Notes under the pieces: model-generated
Told to the model about the DNA's origin: nothing
Databases searched by the model: none
What the model saw: the letters and a program-made list of their open reading frames with translations, nothing else
In this document: positions 20,461 through 30,852 of the stretch, piece by piece
How positions within the stretch are numbered: the first letter of the stretch is position 1
Layout of the letters: every line of letters starts with the position of its first letter
Made by a program: the position numbers and the translations under genes
Virus record (IMG/VR): IMGVR_UViG_3300034107_000314
Location: 32,001-96,000 of that record
Length of the DNA stretch: 64,000 nucleotides
Source: a virus
Reading direction: 5' to 3' (one strand)

Positions 20461-21533
20461 TAAAAAAGCCCCTTAATTTGTGGTTTGAGTTCGTAATTGA
20501 TATCTTCAATAGACATGTCTCCAATATCCTTCTTTGATATTTTAGGTGTGAAATAATTAAATCTTCTACCACCTTTTTGGATAATGCCTTGTGCTGCCTT
20601 TTGTCCTGCCTCATCATTGTCTGTTAATATAACAATATTCATTACTCCAAGCTCTTCAAGATTAATTAATTGATCTTCACTAAGATCAGATCCAAATATG
20701 CCAGCGCAATTTTTAATACCTGATTCGTATAATCTCCAAACATCGCCTTGACCTTCAACTAATACAATTGTTAATAACTTTTGGATGTGTGGTTTAGTAA
20801 CCGATAGTCCATACAAAAAGAAAGATTTTTTAAAGCCTTTGCTGTTGAACCATTTTGGCTTAGTATGTTCGTCGGTTGCCCTTCCGACACATCCCACATA
20901 CTGAGAATTTTCATCATACACAGGAACGACTGCTCGATTGAACATTTGTCTATTAGAATTATAACACTCTCCAACATCAAAAGCTATCAAAGTTTCTGGT
21001 AAAAAACCTCTACTTATATAGTATTTTGATGGAATGTCAAGTGTTGCAATAACTTGCTCCCGTGATATGTTTAAGTTTAATTTTTCAGATTTACGAGTTA
21101 ATATTTCATTAATCTTATTAATCTCATAAATGCTTTCACTTATCTTTTCTTCTGGTATATCTATGATCTTTTTATTTAAGAATGAAAGTGAAAAATTTAA
21201 AGCTTTATAAAAATTAACTTCTTTACCTTCTCTTTGAGAAAGAACACCTCTCACAAAACCTATCATATTTTTACCATAGTCTTTTTCACAAGAATGCGTC
21301 CAACAAACCCAATTACCTTTAGTCTTAGAACCATCAGTAAAGATGCACGACCCTTCGCAGTTATCTCCTCCATGAACTGGACAAGGAAAGGCTATTCTAT
21401 TTGGAAATTCAGTATATTCAATCTTTAAAGCATTTAGTAATTCTGGAACTTTATCCGATAGCTCATTACATATCGAATAGATCTTCTCCCGACTCACTTT
21501 CTCGTATTTCAAAGGAATTGTCTTGACTTGCAT
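20460..21533 (-). CDS. dnaG: DnaG-like DNA primase
   Basis: CPVH...C..C zinc finger, VEGQGD, TDNDEAG TOPRIM; start uncertain (ATG 21533 chosen). Confidence 0.9.
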   Translation of the reverse strand: MQVKTIPLKYEKVSREKIYSICNELSDKVPELLNALKIEYTEFPNRIAFPCPVHGGDNCEGSCIFTDGSKTKGNWVCWTHSCEKDYGKNMIGFVRGVLSQREGKEVNFYKALNFSLSFLNKKIIDIPEEKISESIYEINKINEILTRKSEKLNLNISREQVIATLDIPSKYYISRGFLPETLIAFDVGECYNSNRQMFNRAVVPVYDENSQYVGCVGRATDEHTKPKWFNSKGFKKSFFLYGLSVTKPHIQKLLTIVLVEGQGDVWRLYESGIKNCAGIFGSDLSEDQLINLEELGVMNIVILTDNDEAGQKAAQGIIQKGGRRFNYFTPKISKKDIGDMSIEDINYELKPQIKGLF

Positions 21534-22914
21534 TCGCGGCTCCATTTTTAAGTTCATCTCTTGTATACCATTCAGTAAGTTTAGCAATCGAGCCATTCAT
21601 TTTAACATTAATATAATTGCCATACTCAAGTCCAGATCCATGTCTAGCTTTGATAATAACAAGTTTACGATTTCCATTCTCATCACCGTCATCTGCCACT
21701 TCTTCGTCGCTTTTCATTTGAAACTTAGCAACTGTAGACGCAAGCCATTGAAGTCTATCAGATTGTGCGATTTCCTCTTCTCGATTAAGCTGCACAAAAG
21801 ATAAACATGGTAGGTCGTATTTAATACAGAAGTCATTCATCTTTGTAATCTGAAAGCCTAAAGCTTGGTATTCTTGCATGGCAGCGGTTAGTCCAGCTGA
21901 ACTCATCAACTTGAAATAATCGTATATGATTAAGCAATCTTTAGTTCTTCCATTCTCATCAAATCCAACATATTGATGCACCCATCTTTTAATAATGTTA
22001 AGGATGTTATCAAACGGTTGACCTGCGATTGATATATAGTGATACGGTATCTTTTCAATCAACTTGGCTGCGGCAATCACCTTTTCTTTTGAGTTAAAAC
22101 TCTTAGCAAAAGCCCCTTTCGCAATCTCGTTAATCTTAATTCCGCTAATATTTGCTAACATACGGTTTCTTTGATCGCCAAGATCCATTTCTGTATCTAA
22201 ATATAGAACTGGGATATTATAAACTTCCGAAACATACTTTGCCACATTAGTAGAGATCACACTTTTACCAACACCAGTTCTAGCTCCGATTAGAGTGACT
22301 GACTTTCTTCTAAGGCCACCTCCTATCGCTTCATCAAATCTAGGAAAGCCTGTAGGAATACCAAGATAATCAGAAGGATTGTTAATAAGGTAATCTACAT
22401 AAGAATCAATATCTTCGCCAAGAAGTACAGTCTTATTGTTTTGTTCTTTATATGCAAGTGAAGTGATCTCCATGATTGGAGTTTCAACCATGCCAATGAT
22501 ATCTTCTACGCTCTCATCGCCTGTAACTTTAGTCATTGACTTATCACAGACAGATAGCGTCTTTTTAATATCTCTAGCTAATTTAAGTTTAGTTAACTTA
22601 GCAGCAAATTTAGGAATGTTATCTTTATTGATAGGGAAGTTAAAAAGCGACCGGATGAAACTCATTTCAGTCGCTTTATTGATTAATTCATACACGCCTA
22701 ACTTTTGAGCTGTTGAGAATATAGAGAGGTATTCAATATTCTGGTTATTGTTGATAACATCTTGCAAGCATGTAAATATAACCTGATTTAATTCGTGGCT
22801 AAAGTATTCTGCTTGCAAGAAGTCAAGCTCAACATAAACTTCCAGTCCGAACTGACAGATGCCAGCTAAGACGGCACGTTCAACTGGTAAATTCTGTAAT
22901 TCGGACTGGCTCAT
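21466..22914 (-). CDS. dnaB: replicative DnaB-like helicase
   Basis: GARTGVGKS, LDTEM, IIYDY, VQLNR, KARHG. Confidence 0.93.
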   Translation of the reverse strand: MSQSELQNLPVERAVLAGICQFGLEVYVELDFLQAEYFSHELNQVIFTCLQDVINNNQNIEYLSIFSTAQKLGVYELINKATEMSFIRSLFNFPINKDNIPKFAAKLTKLKLARDIKKTLSVCDKSMTKVTGDESVEDIIGMVETPIMEITSLAYKEQNNKTVLLGEDIDSYVDYLINNPSDYLGIPTGFPRFDEAIGGGLRRKSVTLIGARTGVGKSVISTNVAKYVSEVYNIPVLYLDTEMDLGDQRNRMLANISGIKINEIAKGAFAKSFNSKEKVIAAAKLIEKIPYHYISIAGQPFDNILNIIKRWVHQYVGFDENGRTKDCLIIYDYFKLMSSAGLTAAMQEYQALGFQITKMNDFCIKYDLPCLSFVQLNREEEIAQSDRLQWLASTVAKFQMKSDEEVADDGDENGNRKLVIIKARHGSGLEYGNYINVKMNGSIAKLTEWYTRDELKNGAANASQDNSFEIRESESGEDLFDM

Positions 22915-22915
22915 A

Positions 22916-23296
22916 TTAATTCACTCCGTAAAACTTTTTCACAACCCAAGGCAACTGATGATAAGCAGAAACTATTTTATCTGCCTGATCTTGTGTTAAT
23001 TGACGATTCTCCAACGCTATATTCTTTTCGGCGATAAGTTTGTTATTCGCTTCAAGCAATCTCTTGTTTGAATCTAGTATACTGTCAGCATAAGACTGCA
23101 TTTCTTCAAGCTGTAGTTCATATTCAAAAACTTGTTTATCCAACTCATCGATTCGCTTCTTTAATTCTTCTTCTGCGGAAGTTCCAAACTGACGATTAGC
23201 AAGCTCGTAAACATGAATGGTTTCAATCTGAGCAACTGCATTTTTAATAACTTCAAGTTGATTGTACACGTTTAATGGATTCTTTTCTTCGCCCAT
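22916..23296 (-). CDS. coiled-coil hypothetical protein
   Basis: SD GAGG before ATG 23296 (MGEEK...). Confidence 0.65.
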   Translation of the reverse strand: MGEEKNPLNVYNQLEVIKNAVAQIETIHVYELANRQFGTSAEEELKKRIDELDKQVFEYELQLEEMQSYADSILDSNKRLLEANNKLIAEKNIALENRQLTQDQADKIVSAYHQLPWVVKKFYGVN

Positions 23297-23306
23297 TGTA
23301 TTGTCC

Positions 23307-23534
23307 TCAAGGATAAATTCTGTAGATTGGATATGGATAATATACAGGTTGATACGTTTGAACCTGCACTGGTACATAAATTGTTCTAGGCACAACTACG
23401 TACTGCGGTTGTTGTACTACGTATTGATATTGGACTACGATTGGTTGAGGTTGCTGAACCACAACTGGAATTTGTGGATTAACCACAAACAATTGACCTA
23501 ATGACATTGCTGCCAGTGCTACTAGTGTATTCAT
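23307..23534 (-). CDS. small secreted Q/V/P/Y-rich protein
   Basis: Signal-like N-terminus followed by low-complexity sequence. Confidence 0.6.
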   Translation of the reverse strand: MNTLVALAAMSLGQLFVVNPQIPVVVQQPQPIVVQYQYVVQQPQYVVVPRTIYVPVQVQTYQPVYYPYPIYRIYP

Positions 23535-23848
23535 TTATCACTCTCTCTATTTGTATTCAAAAGACCTTCTGCGAATAACGCCCCATTCATAAAATTAGAA
23601 ACCGCGTTTTCACCCCTTGAAAACGCCACGAAAGCTCTTGAAAAGTTTTCTGGAAAAGGAACATGCTCTTCTATGATTTCTATTACCCATGCGTTATCAT
23701 CAATCTTACTAGCAACCTCTTCTCCTACTTTAGAAAGAATACCGTTCAATGTTTCTTGAGGTTGATCAAGGTCTGAAACTAGTAAAAATTTTCCATCTTT
23801 TGTTAGACCAAACGGTTGAGCTTTCATCCTATCTTGTGTCTCTGTCAT
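23531..23848 (-). CDS. hypothetical protein
   Basis: SD AGGAG, 105 aa. Confidence 0.65.
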   Translation of the reverse strand: MTETQDRMKAQPFGLTKDGKFLLVSDLDQPQETLNGILSKVGEEVASKIDDNAWVIEIIEEHVPFPENFSRAFVAFSRGENAVSNFMNGALFAEGLLNTNRESDK

Positions 23849-23938
23849 TCAAATCTCCTATGATTGTACTACTGATTATTCCATATAGCACAATACAATA
23901 GAATGCTATGAATAGTATAAACCCTATTTTAAGATATG

Positions 23939-24385
23939 TCAAGACCCTGAACTCCCAAATCCATTTTCCCCGCGAGAAGTCTCATTCAAATTCTCAACGG
24001 AAACTGGTGTAAAATCTGGAGAATATTGAAGCAGCATTTGTGCGATTTTATCCCCATAATTAAAAGTTTGATATTCATTGCTTTCATTAACCAATAAAAC
24101 CTTCACCTCTCCTCTGTATGGCGAATCAATCACTCCAGCCATAGTATCAATCCCCTTCTTCACTGCGTGACCAGAGCGAGGCCAAATTAGCCCAACAAAC
24201 CCCTTTGGAATAGCCACTGCAATCCCAGTTGAGATAAGTCTTCGTTGCCCCGGAGGAATTGTAATTGTTTCTTTCTCGTCATTATACAAATCCAATCCAG
24301 CATCAAAAGCATTAGCTTTATCTGGAAGTTTTGCAGTGGGTGTAAGTAATTTAACTGGTAATTCTCGACTTTCAAATGTACTCAT
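23939..24385 (-). CDS. dut: trimeric dUTPase
   Basis: AGLDL, PRSG, GVIDSPYRGE, RGENGFGSSG. Confidence 0.95.
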   Translation of the reverse strand: MSTFESRELPVKLLTPTAKLPDKANAFDAGLDLYNDEKETITIPPGQRRLISTGIAVAIPKGFVGLIWPRSGHAVKKGIDTMAGVIDSPYRGEVKVLLVNESNEYQTFNYGDKIAQMLLQYSPDFTPVSVENLNETSRGENGFGSSGS

Positions 24386-24831
24386 GATTTTCCTTTCAAT
24401 AAACAAGATTCACAACGATAATACTCTCTAACGTATAACGGCAATACCATTTCGGATTTCCCGCATAATTGGCATTGCTGCTCAATTTTATTTTTATCAA
24501 TGGGTTTTCTATTTCTTTCAGTTAAAGTGATTTCAGGAGTTTTAATATCTTTTGCGTCAGTTCCATCGTCTAAAAATTGATTTACTCGTTTTTCAATAGA
24601 TATAGACTGCTTTTTGTTGATCTTTGTATTAATATTACTTGATTTTTGCATAGTAAATTGATTCATATCAAATTTATTACTATTAACTTTATCGGTTATT
24701 ACTGTGGGCTTTGGTACTGGTTTTGAATCCAACGCATCTAAAATATCCATTCCCATTCTAATTAAATCAAAATCTCCTGAGTCTTTTCCTCTTTTGATTA
24801 ATTTTTCTGCTCTATCCTTAAGATCGTTCAT
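24382..24831 (-). CDS. hypothetical protein with C-terminal CxxC...CxxC
   Basis: CQLC...CESC. Confidence 0.65.
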   Translation of the reverse strand: MNDLKDRAEKLIKRGKDSGDFDLIRMGMDILDALDSKPVPKPTVITDKVNSNKFDMNQFTMQKSSNINTKINKKQSISIEKRVNQFLDDGTDAKDIKTPEITLTERNRKPIDKNKIEQQCQLCGKSEMVLPLYVREYYRCESCLLKGKS

Positions 24832-25300
24832 AACTCTTATTCCTTCCCATATTTTCAAGAACCTTCATGGCTGTTTCTACTGATCCAATTGTTGCTTCCC
24901 CCGCTAGTATTCTAGCTTCAGATGTTGTCTTGAGCATTTGTAATTTCAGTCCTGACTTATGATGCCTAATGGCTGAATGGTATTTCTCTTCCCACTTAGC
25001 ATACTTATCATGACTGACACCAGTCACAATATACCATATGCCCTGTTCTGCCCAAGCTTTAACAGCTTTCTCTCTCGCTACAATACTTTTGAGATGCATC
25101 AGATATTGGTTTAGTAAAAAGATTGAGGCTTGATAATCTGGAAATGTCATAGATTTTAATTCTTCGCGAGAATAGTGCAATATCTTTCCTACTTCATGAA
25201 CTTTGTCTCCAAAGTCAGTTCCATAGTCTATTTTACTCTCTGAAATCCAATTGTCAATATTCTCATGGAATTTTTTTATCTTTTCTTCTAATTCCTCCAT
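24818..25300 (-). CDS. helical hypothetical protein (UvsY-like mediator possible)
   Basis: Helical 160 aa near recA; function is inferred from position only. Confidence 0.45.
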   Translation of the reverse strand: MEELEEKIKKFHENIDNWISESKIDYGTDFGDKVHEVGKILHYSREELKSMTFPDYQASIFLLNQYLMHLKSIVAREKAVKAWAEQGIWYIVTGVSHDKYAKWEEKYHSAIRHHKSGLKLQMLKTTSEARILAGEATIGSVETAMKVLENMGRNKSYERS

Positions 25301-25701
25301 ATCTTACCTCTCCACTCTTCAATAGATTCGTTATGAAACAGTTCTATTAATTCAAAATTATTTATTTCACACCATTGTTTCTTATCTCTATCCCTAGCTT
25401 GAGCTTTATAAAAATCCATTTTACTCTTAAAAAAGAAGTTATTAAACTCTGTGTGTTGTTCGCCATGCACTTCAATAATAAGTTTTCTCACAGGAATAAA
25501 AAAATCCGCCTTAAGGGTGGATTTTCTAGTTGATGTCTTTGTTCCGGGTAATACTAATTCTTCTAAAATTCTATCATTAGGATATCTCTCCTTTAATAGC
25601 TCTTTAGCTTTATTGTGTAGTCCAGATCTTTTTTCTGTATCAACAATATTATTACTTGGAATCCATGAATACTCTTGTTGGTCCAATCCTATAATTTTCA
25701 A
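25288..25701 (-). CDS. Vsr/DUF559-like endonuclease
   Basis: ADFFIP..LIIEVHGEQH..RD..K..WC. Confidence 0.8.
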   Translation of the reverse strand: MKIIGLDQQEYSWIPSNNIVDTEKRSGLHNKAKELLKERYPNDRILEELVLPGTKTSTRKSTLKADFFIPVRKLIIEVHGEQHTEFNNFFFKSKMDFYKAQARDRDKKQWCEINNFELIELFHNESIEEWRGKIWRN

Positions 25702-26696
25702 TATAACATTTCCTTGACTTTAAGTTCAAGCAGGGCGTAGAATTCTGAATGTTCGTGAAGATAATTATATACCTTCTCTTGTCCTTGAAGTTTAACCTTT
25801 TCAGTTTCAATAAAATCAAGGTTATACCAAGATCCAGCAACTGAGATTAATCCAAGGTCAATAGCAATCATAAGAATTTCTTGTACTTTATCAATACCCT
25901 GTCCAAATCTAATCCAACTGTCGCAAGTTTTATATGGTGATCCAATTGACGAACATAAGATATCCCATGTTACTTTTAGTCCAATGACATTCTTATTTTC
26001 TTTTGAAGATCCTGCTGCTTCCCAAGGAGCTACGCTTTTAACTTCCATGCGTGTATCTGCTTGGAATTGGATCTTAACGCCACCATCGGCCATTTTTGAC
26101 TTACCGTAGCCACTTGTGTTTGTAATCATGTGCGTAATCATAATTACTAAGCATTTTTGATTAGGAACCGTTTGCCCAGTTTTCTTAACAAAGTCGGATA
26201 AGATCTTTGGAAGTCCCGGCCTTGTCATTCCACTAATATCTTCATCAAGATCGCGAGATGGAATAAGGGAAGAGATAGAGTCAATGACCAATACGCAACC
26301 CTCATTATCTTTATCTGATATTAATTTTCTTGCAATATCTAAGAATGTTTCTGCTGCTAGTGGCTCATCTCCAGATCTAATAACTTGAACTAGCGATGGG
26401 TCGATCCCCGGAATTTCAAAGTTCATTTCTTTTAATCGACCTTCAACATCAAGATAAATGATCTTGCGACCAAGAGCTTGACAGTTGGCGATGATCTGCA
26501 TAGTTGTCGTTGTCTTTCCAGCCTTTGGAGGACCGGATAAGATCATCCAAGAACCCTCTTTGATACCACCACCAAGAGCCAAATCAATAGCAGGACTAAT
26601 TGATATCGTTTTGTAATTTCTCTTTGTCTCAAGGACTTTATCTCCTGTAGTAACATAGTCGCCATATTTTTTAATAAACTCTTTGTCAGTCGCCAT
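25698..26696 (-). CDS. recA: RecA/UvsX recombinase
   Basis: DLALGGG, GPPKAGKTT, YLDVE, VIDSISSL, GSWY. Confidence 0.92.
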   Translation of the reverse strand: MATDKEFIKKYGDYVTTGDKVLETKRNYKTISISPAIDLALGGGIKEGSWMILSGPPKAGKTTTTMQIIANCQALGRKIIYLDVEGRLKEMNFEIPGIDPSLVQVIRSGDEPLAAETFLDIARKLISDKDNEGCVLVIDSISSLIPSRDLDEDISGMTRPGLPKILSDFVKKTGQTVPNQKCLVIMITHMITNTSGYGKSKMADGGVKIQFQADTRMEVKSVAPWEAAGSSKENKNVIGLKVTWDILCSSIGSPYKTCDSWIRFGQGIDKVQEILMIAIDLGLISVAGSWYNLDFIETEKVKLQGQEKVYNYLHEHSEFYALLELKVKEMLY

Positions 26697-27132
26697 TTTC
26701 AATTTCCTTTAGTCTCTGCAATAGTGTTTTACTTCCAAAAGATTGTCTAGGAGTGTAGATAGACTCCTTCACTTCTATTATCTCAATTGTATCATGCTTT
26801 GGAGCATTGTCAAGATCAATTCTTATTTTCTGTAAAGAACTTTTGACATTCCTAGCCCCCAAAGAGATGGTTTTAATACCCTCTCTGGAGTTAATAAATT
26901 TCATCATTGCGTCTTCGCCAAACTCTTTTATCAGCTTATTAGCTAATCCGATTTGACGAATATATATACTTTTCCATTTACCTTTATTCCAAAATTTATA
27001 AGGTAATGTGCCAGCCTTTTCATGCTTTGCTTGTCTTTGACAAATAACCTCAGCTACGTACTGAGCAGGAGTGCAAAAATCCCCGGTAGACGGGGATTTA
27101 TATTTACTTAAGTCTGTTCTTTGCTTTGACAT
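26686..27132 (-). CDS. hypothetical protein
   Basis: 148 aa coupled ORF. Confidence 0.65.
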   Translation of the reverse strand: MSKQRTDLSKYKSPSTGDFCTPAQYVAEVICQRQAKHEKAGTLPYKFWNKGKWKSIYIRQIGLANKLIKEFGEDAMMKFINSREGIKTISLGARNVKSSLQKIRIDLDNAPKHDTIEIIEVKESIYTPRQSFGSKTLLQRLKEIENGD

Positions 27133-27599
27133 TTACAATTTTCTTTACATCTTTTTTTTTGTTTGTACATAAGATTATCATTTTCTAAAGTGAGTTCTCT
27201 TATTTCTTCGTTTTGTGCCAATGCAAATTCTGGCCAATGAAACTTTTTAACATGTATTTTATTGTCATCTTTTAGAATTCCAAAACACATGTATTTATAT
27301 GTCATAGTATCATTATTTGTAATATCCTTAGATATACCTCTTGATATAAAAAAGTTATCTAAACCATTTTTATCTTCAAAAATAGTTTCTTCTGGCATAC
27401 CGGGGCATATTACTTTAACTTCAGTGATGTTTAAATTATTATTATGACAATATATTTTGAGCCTTGTCCAAGGATCTTTTTGATCTTCTATGTCAAAATC
27501 AGATATTGCTGAATTGCCATCACTCAATATACATCTCCATAGTATTTCGCCACTATGTAGTAATTTTATTGTATGTTGATTATAAGATGTACAGATCAT
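27108..27599 (-). CDS. hypothetical protein
   Basis: 163 aa coupled ORF. Confidence 0.65.
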   Translation of the reverse strand: MICTSYNQHTIKLLHSGEILWRCILSDGNSAISDFDIEDQKDPWTRLKIYCHNNNLNITEVKVICPGMPEETIFEDKNGLDNFFISRGISKDITNNDTMTYKYMCFGILKDDNKIHVKKFHWPEFALAQNEEIRELTLENDNLMYKQKKRCKENCKCQSKEQT

Positions 27600-27823
27600 T
27601 TATCATCTCTAATTTTATGGATATATGATACATTTTTCTGAGCTGCATCTGATCGTCTTTTTGCAGCAGTTTCATCTGCTCTCATTGACGCTTCTTGTGT
27701 CATAGCGATAAAAGCTGTATCCTTCTTTTTGGCAAATACTTCAAAAGTAGTAGGCGATGGAGATTGTACTACGTTTTCTTGTTTTTGCTTTGGCTCATTT
27801 ACTGGTACTTTTTTCTTTGCCAT
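27596..27823 (-). CDS. hypothetical protein
   Basis: 75 aa; AMTQEASMRADE motif. Confidence 0.6.
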   Translation of the reverse strand: MAKKKVPVNEPKQKQENVVQSPSPTTFEVFAKKKDTAFIAMTQEASMRADETAAKRRSDAAQKNVSYIHKIRDDK

Positions 27824-27824
27824 T

Positions 27825-28184
27825 TTAAAATCCTTTATTAATGAATGCTCGTCGAGCTTGTGTTAAAAAAATCTCTCTTCGACTTCTCAAGTATTGAATA
27901 TAATTTTCAAAAATGCTTTTATCTACTTTTTTAAACTGGAAATTGTAAGCATTTATTTTATTCATATCCATTCCATATGGATCGAACAATTCTCCTCTAC
28001 CATGTTTCACGTAGTATATATGTGTAAACTTTTCATTTTCTTTATTGTGCAGCGTAACTGTTTTAGCTACAGCTTTATTCTCATCATCATCTACATAACC
28101 AGTTTTATCTATGTATGCGACTTCAACTAGATCTTCTTCTGGGATAGATAATCCATTAAGATTTTCATTTTCATTTCTTGCCAT
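27825..28184 (-). CDS. hypothetical protein
   Basis: TAATG-coupled start at 28184. Confidence 0.65.
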   Translation of the reverse strand: MARNENENLNGLSIPEEDLVEVAYIDKTGYVDDDENKAVAKTVTLHNKENEKFTHIYYVKHGRGELFDPYGMDMNKINAYNFQFKKVDKSIFENYIQYLRSRREIFLTQARRAFINKGF

Positions 28185-28417
28185 TATGTTCCACTCAACC
28201 CTTCCAATTTTTCTTTGACCTTCTGTACGCAATTCCACTTATCAAATCCAACTACATGGATTTCTCCATTGTCAGCCATTTTATATTCTTCAAATAAATC
28301 ATCGCAATCAATTTCCATTGGATCATAGCTACCGTCTGGTAACATTCTATATATATAGATTTTGAATTTTAATACACCCATATGTGGACCGATGTTTATT
28401 TTTTGTCTATTTATCAT
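28184..28417 (-). CDS. hypothetical protein
   Basis: 77 aa coupled ORF. Confidence 0.55.
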   Translation of the reverse strand: MINRQKINIGPHMGVLKFKIYIYRMLPDGSYDPMEIDCDDLFEEYKMADNGEIHVVGFDKWNCVQKVKEKLEGLSGT

Positions 28418-28755
28418 AGTTTTCCCGTTTCTATGTATTTAGCTTTTTTTTCTGGAGTTAAATTTGATATTTTTTTCAAATCTTGTCTTTCTTGACGTTT
28501 GTTTAATTTGTCTACTGTCCCATCTTTTGCCATCTTGTCCTCTAATCCGTATCGTCCAAGAGCTTTGGCGTTCTTTTCAGCCAACTGTCCAAGCGTCTTG
28601 ACTTCCTTATTTATTATAACGGGAGGTCCATCTAAAACAACTGACAATCCTTCAAGTTTGCAAAAAGGACATTGTTTTTTCAATGGCTCTTTAATGCTGT
28701 GAAATTGCTCAAATTCTTCTTTGCATTCTGAACACATATAATGATATGTCGGCAT
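28414..28755 (-). CDS. FmdB-family zinc-ribbon protein
   Basis: MPTYHYMCSEC...CPFC. Confidence 0.85.
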   Translation of the reverse strand: MPTYHYMCSECKEEFEQFHSIKEPLKKQCPFCKLEGLSVVLDGPPVIINKEVKTLGQLAEKNAKALGRYGLEDKMAKDGTVDKLNKRQERQDLKKISNLTPEKKAKYIETGKL

Positions 28756-28756
28756 A

Positions 28757-29020
28757 TTATTCCTCTAATAAATATTCATTTGGATCATATTGTCTATATT
28801 CGTCCCCACTCCATACTAAGAATGTTCTGTAACTTTCTCTATATGCTATCTTTTCACTCTCAGATAAATCCGATCCAGATAATAATAATTCATAAAATTC
28901 TATAAATTCATCATTAATAAATAATGATTCCTGCTGTACGCTAGATTTTTTAGTGTCATAATATACTATGGAGCCAATTAAGGCTCCACAGATTATAATT
29001 ATTGGTAATATCTTCTTCAC
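28757..29020 (-). CDS. membrane-anchored hypothetical protein
   Basis: N-terminal hydrophobic helix. Confidence 0.6.
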   Translation of the reverse strand: MKKILPIIIICGALIGSIVYYDTKKSSVQQESLFINDEFIEFYELLLSGSDLSESEKIAYRESYRTFLVWSGDEYRQYDPNEYLLEE

Positions 29021-29706
29021 TTCAATCTTTCTAATATCCTTCCAATGATTTTATTTCTAACAATATCACTAGCTTCTAGGGCGCATATACCAACGCCATC
29101 TAGATTTTCTAGTTTATGGCTGACGCTTTCTAATCCCCCTCTAATGCTCATTGGAAGATCTGATTGGTCTGCATCTCCGTTGATTACTGCGCGTGAATGT
29201 ATGCCAATTCTTGTTATAAACATTTTTATCTGCTCAAATGTAGCATTTTGAGCTTCGTCAAGTATCATAAAACAATCATGAAAATTTCTTCCTCTCATAT
29301 ATTCGAGTGGACACATTTCAATAATATCGCCATCTCTAAATTTTTTCACCATGTCTCTACCGAGATAGGCATTCATCTCTTCAATGATGGGTACGAGATA
29401 AGGTTGGATTTTTTCATCTTTATTTCCCGGTAAAAATCCTAATCCTCTTCCCGCTTCAACCGTAGGACGTGTGATAATTATCTTTGAAATTTTTTGATCT
29501 AAAAGCCAACTGCAAGCTAAGCCGACCGCAACAGATGATTTACCAGATCCTGCTGGCCCAGTACATATAGTAACATCGTTTTCTACCATTGATATAATGT
29601 AGTTTTCTTGATTAAGGCTCTTCGGTTGAAGAACTTTACGATGTGGATTGATAACAGCGGTTGTTTTTGCTTTGTTAGCTTCTTTTCTCATTCTTGATCT
29701 TGACAT
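29017..29706 (-). CDS. phoH: PhoH-family ATPase
   Basis: GPAGSGKS, LGFLPG, YMRGR, LDEAQN, GDADQSDL. Confidence 0.95.
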   Translation of the reverse strand: MSRSRMRKEANKAKTTAVINPHRKVLQPKSLNQENYIISMVENDVTICTGPAGSGKSSVAVGLACSWLLDQKISKIIITRPTVEAGRGLGFLPGNKDEKIQPYLVPIIEEMNAYLGRDMVKKFRDGDIIEMCPLEYMRGRNFHDCFMILDEAQNATFEQIKMFITRIGIHSRAVINGDADQSDLPMSIRGGLESVSHKLENLDGVGICALEASDIVRNKIIGRILERLK

Positions 29707-29736
29707 GTTTGTTCTCCCTGTGATTATCTAAAATCA

Positions 29737-30852
29737 TTAACCACTGGATATGTTAAATTCACTTGAAGTATTTTTGTAAGTATATCTGTATATTGAATAA
29801 CTGCTTTGACCTGCGTCCCCGCCACTCCTTTCTCTGCTTACTAAGAAATTGTTAGTACCCAAATCTATTTTTAGTTTATTATTAATTCCTAATACTATAC
29901 CAGTAGAAGTCAATGTCTCATATACTGACCTGAAAACATCAGCAACATTGCCTGAGCTTTTTATATACACTCCTGATACGAAGCTTTCTAAAAATTCATT
30001 CAAGCTATCTTCATTAGGATATAGACTTGTTATTGGTATACCTGTATTATAAATCCCACTATGATCAATTCCTTTATAATACCCTGTCTCTTGTAATATA
30101 TTACCAGTTTGTACAGGTATAAAACCTCTGTCGATAATTTCAAAAGAGCATGATATATCAAATGGATATTTTATATATTTATTAGCAACTGTAAGGAATC
30201 TACCATATGATGGAATTTCACCGTAATCAAATCCTATATTTACTTCGGCAGACAGTAAACCATGACCACTTGCCATATGTGCTGCTACTTCTGGAGGCAC
30301 TCCGCTCAAAAAGAAGTCTTTCCTTTTGCTCGTAGTTCCAGTAATAGGCACTATTCCAATTTCTGTTGGAACGATTGCTGTTGGAGGTATTCCACTGCAT
30401 TCTAATGAATGGCCTTGAAAATTTACATCTTCTGTAAAAAAATTATCAGTACCAAATTTATAATTAATTGATGTTAATAATAAATCTTTTAACTCCATTC
30501 CACTTGGATATTGGTTAAATCCATTACTATAATTATACATAACTACCCAGCCTGAACACGGGGAGATTATTAGTCCCCCCGAAGGCAGTATACCAGATGT
30601 TTTACTATTGTATATAACACCTGTATTCAAAACTATAGATGGTGAATCACTCGATATAAATTTAGTGAGACTGACTTCTACATTTGATTTTTTGTAAATA
30701 TTTTTAGCTGCAAATGGATTACCCCAAGTTGGAATTGTAGATACGTCAAAAGTTTGATTTACTGATAAATTTTGAACACCAGATATTTCTACTGTGTTTA
30801 ATTTAAAAGTATGTAAATCATATCTTATTAATACTGGGGCATTGTTGTTCAT
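29737..30852 (-). CDS. putative virion structural (tail-tube-like) protein
   Basis: Beta-rich S/G/T composition; ISGVQNLSVN; function inferred. Confidence 0.45.
   Translation of the reverse strand: MNNNAPVLIRYDLHTFKLNTVEISGVQNLSVNQTFDVSTIPTWGNPFAAKNIYKKSNVEVSLTKFISSDSPSIVLNTGVIYNSKTSGILPSGGLIISPCSGWVVMYNYSNGFNQYPSGMELKDLLLTSINYKFGTDNFFTEDVNFQGHSLECSGIPPTAIVPTEIGIVPITGTTSKRKDFFLSGVPPEVAAHMASGHGLLSAEVNIGFDYGEIPSYGRFLTVANKYIKYPFDISCSFEIIDRGFIPVQTGNILQETGYYKGIDHSGIYNTGIPITSLYPNEDSLNEFLESFVSGVYIKSSGNVADVFRSVYETLTSTGIVLGINNKLKIDLGTNNFLVSRERSGGDAGQSSYSIYRYTYKNTSSEFNISSG

Noticed and set aside
21466-21596. Primase-helicase fusion or frameshift from the long overlap
   Set aside because: Both genes are complete in separate frames; a later ATG at 21533 shortens the overlap, and no slippery site is evident.
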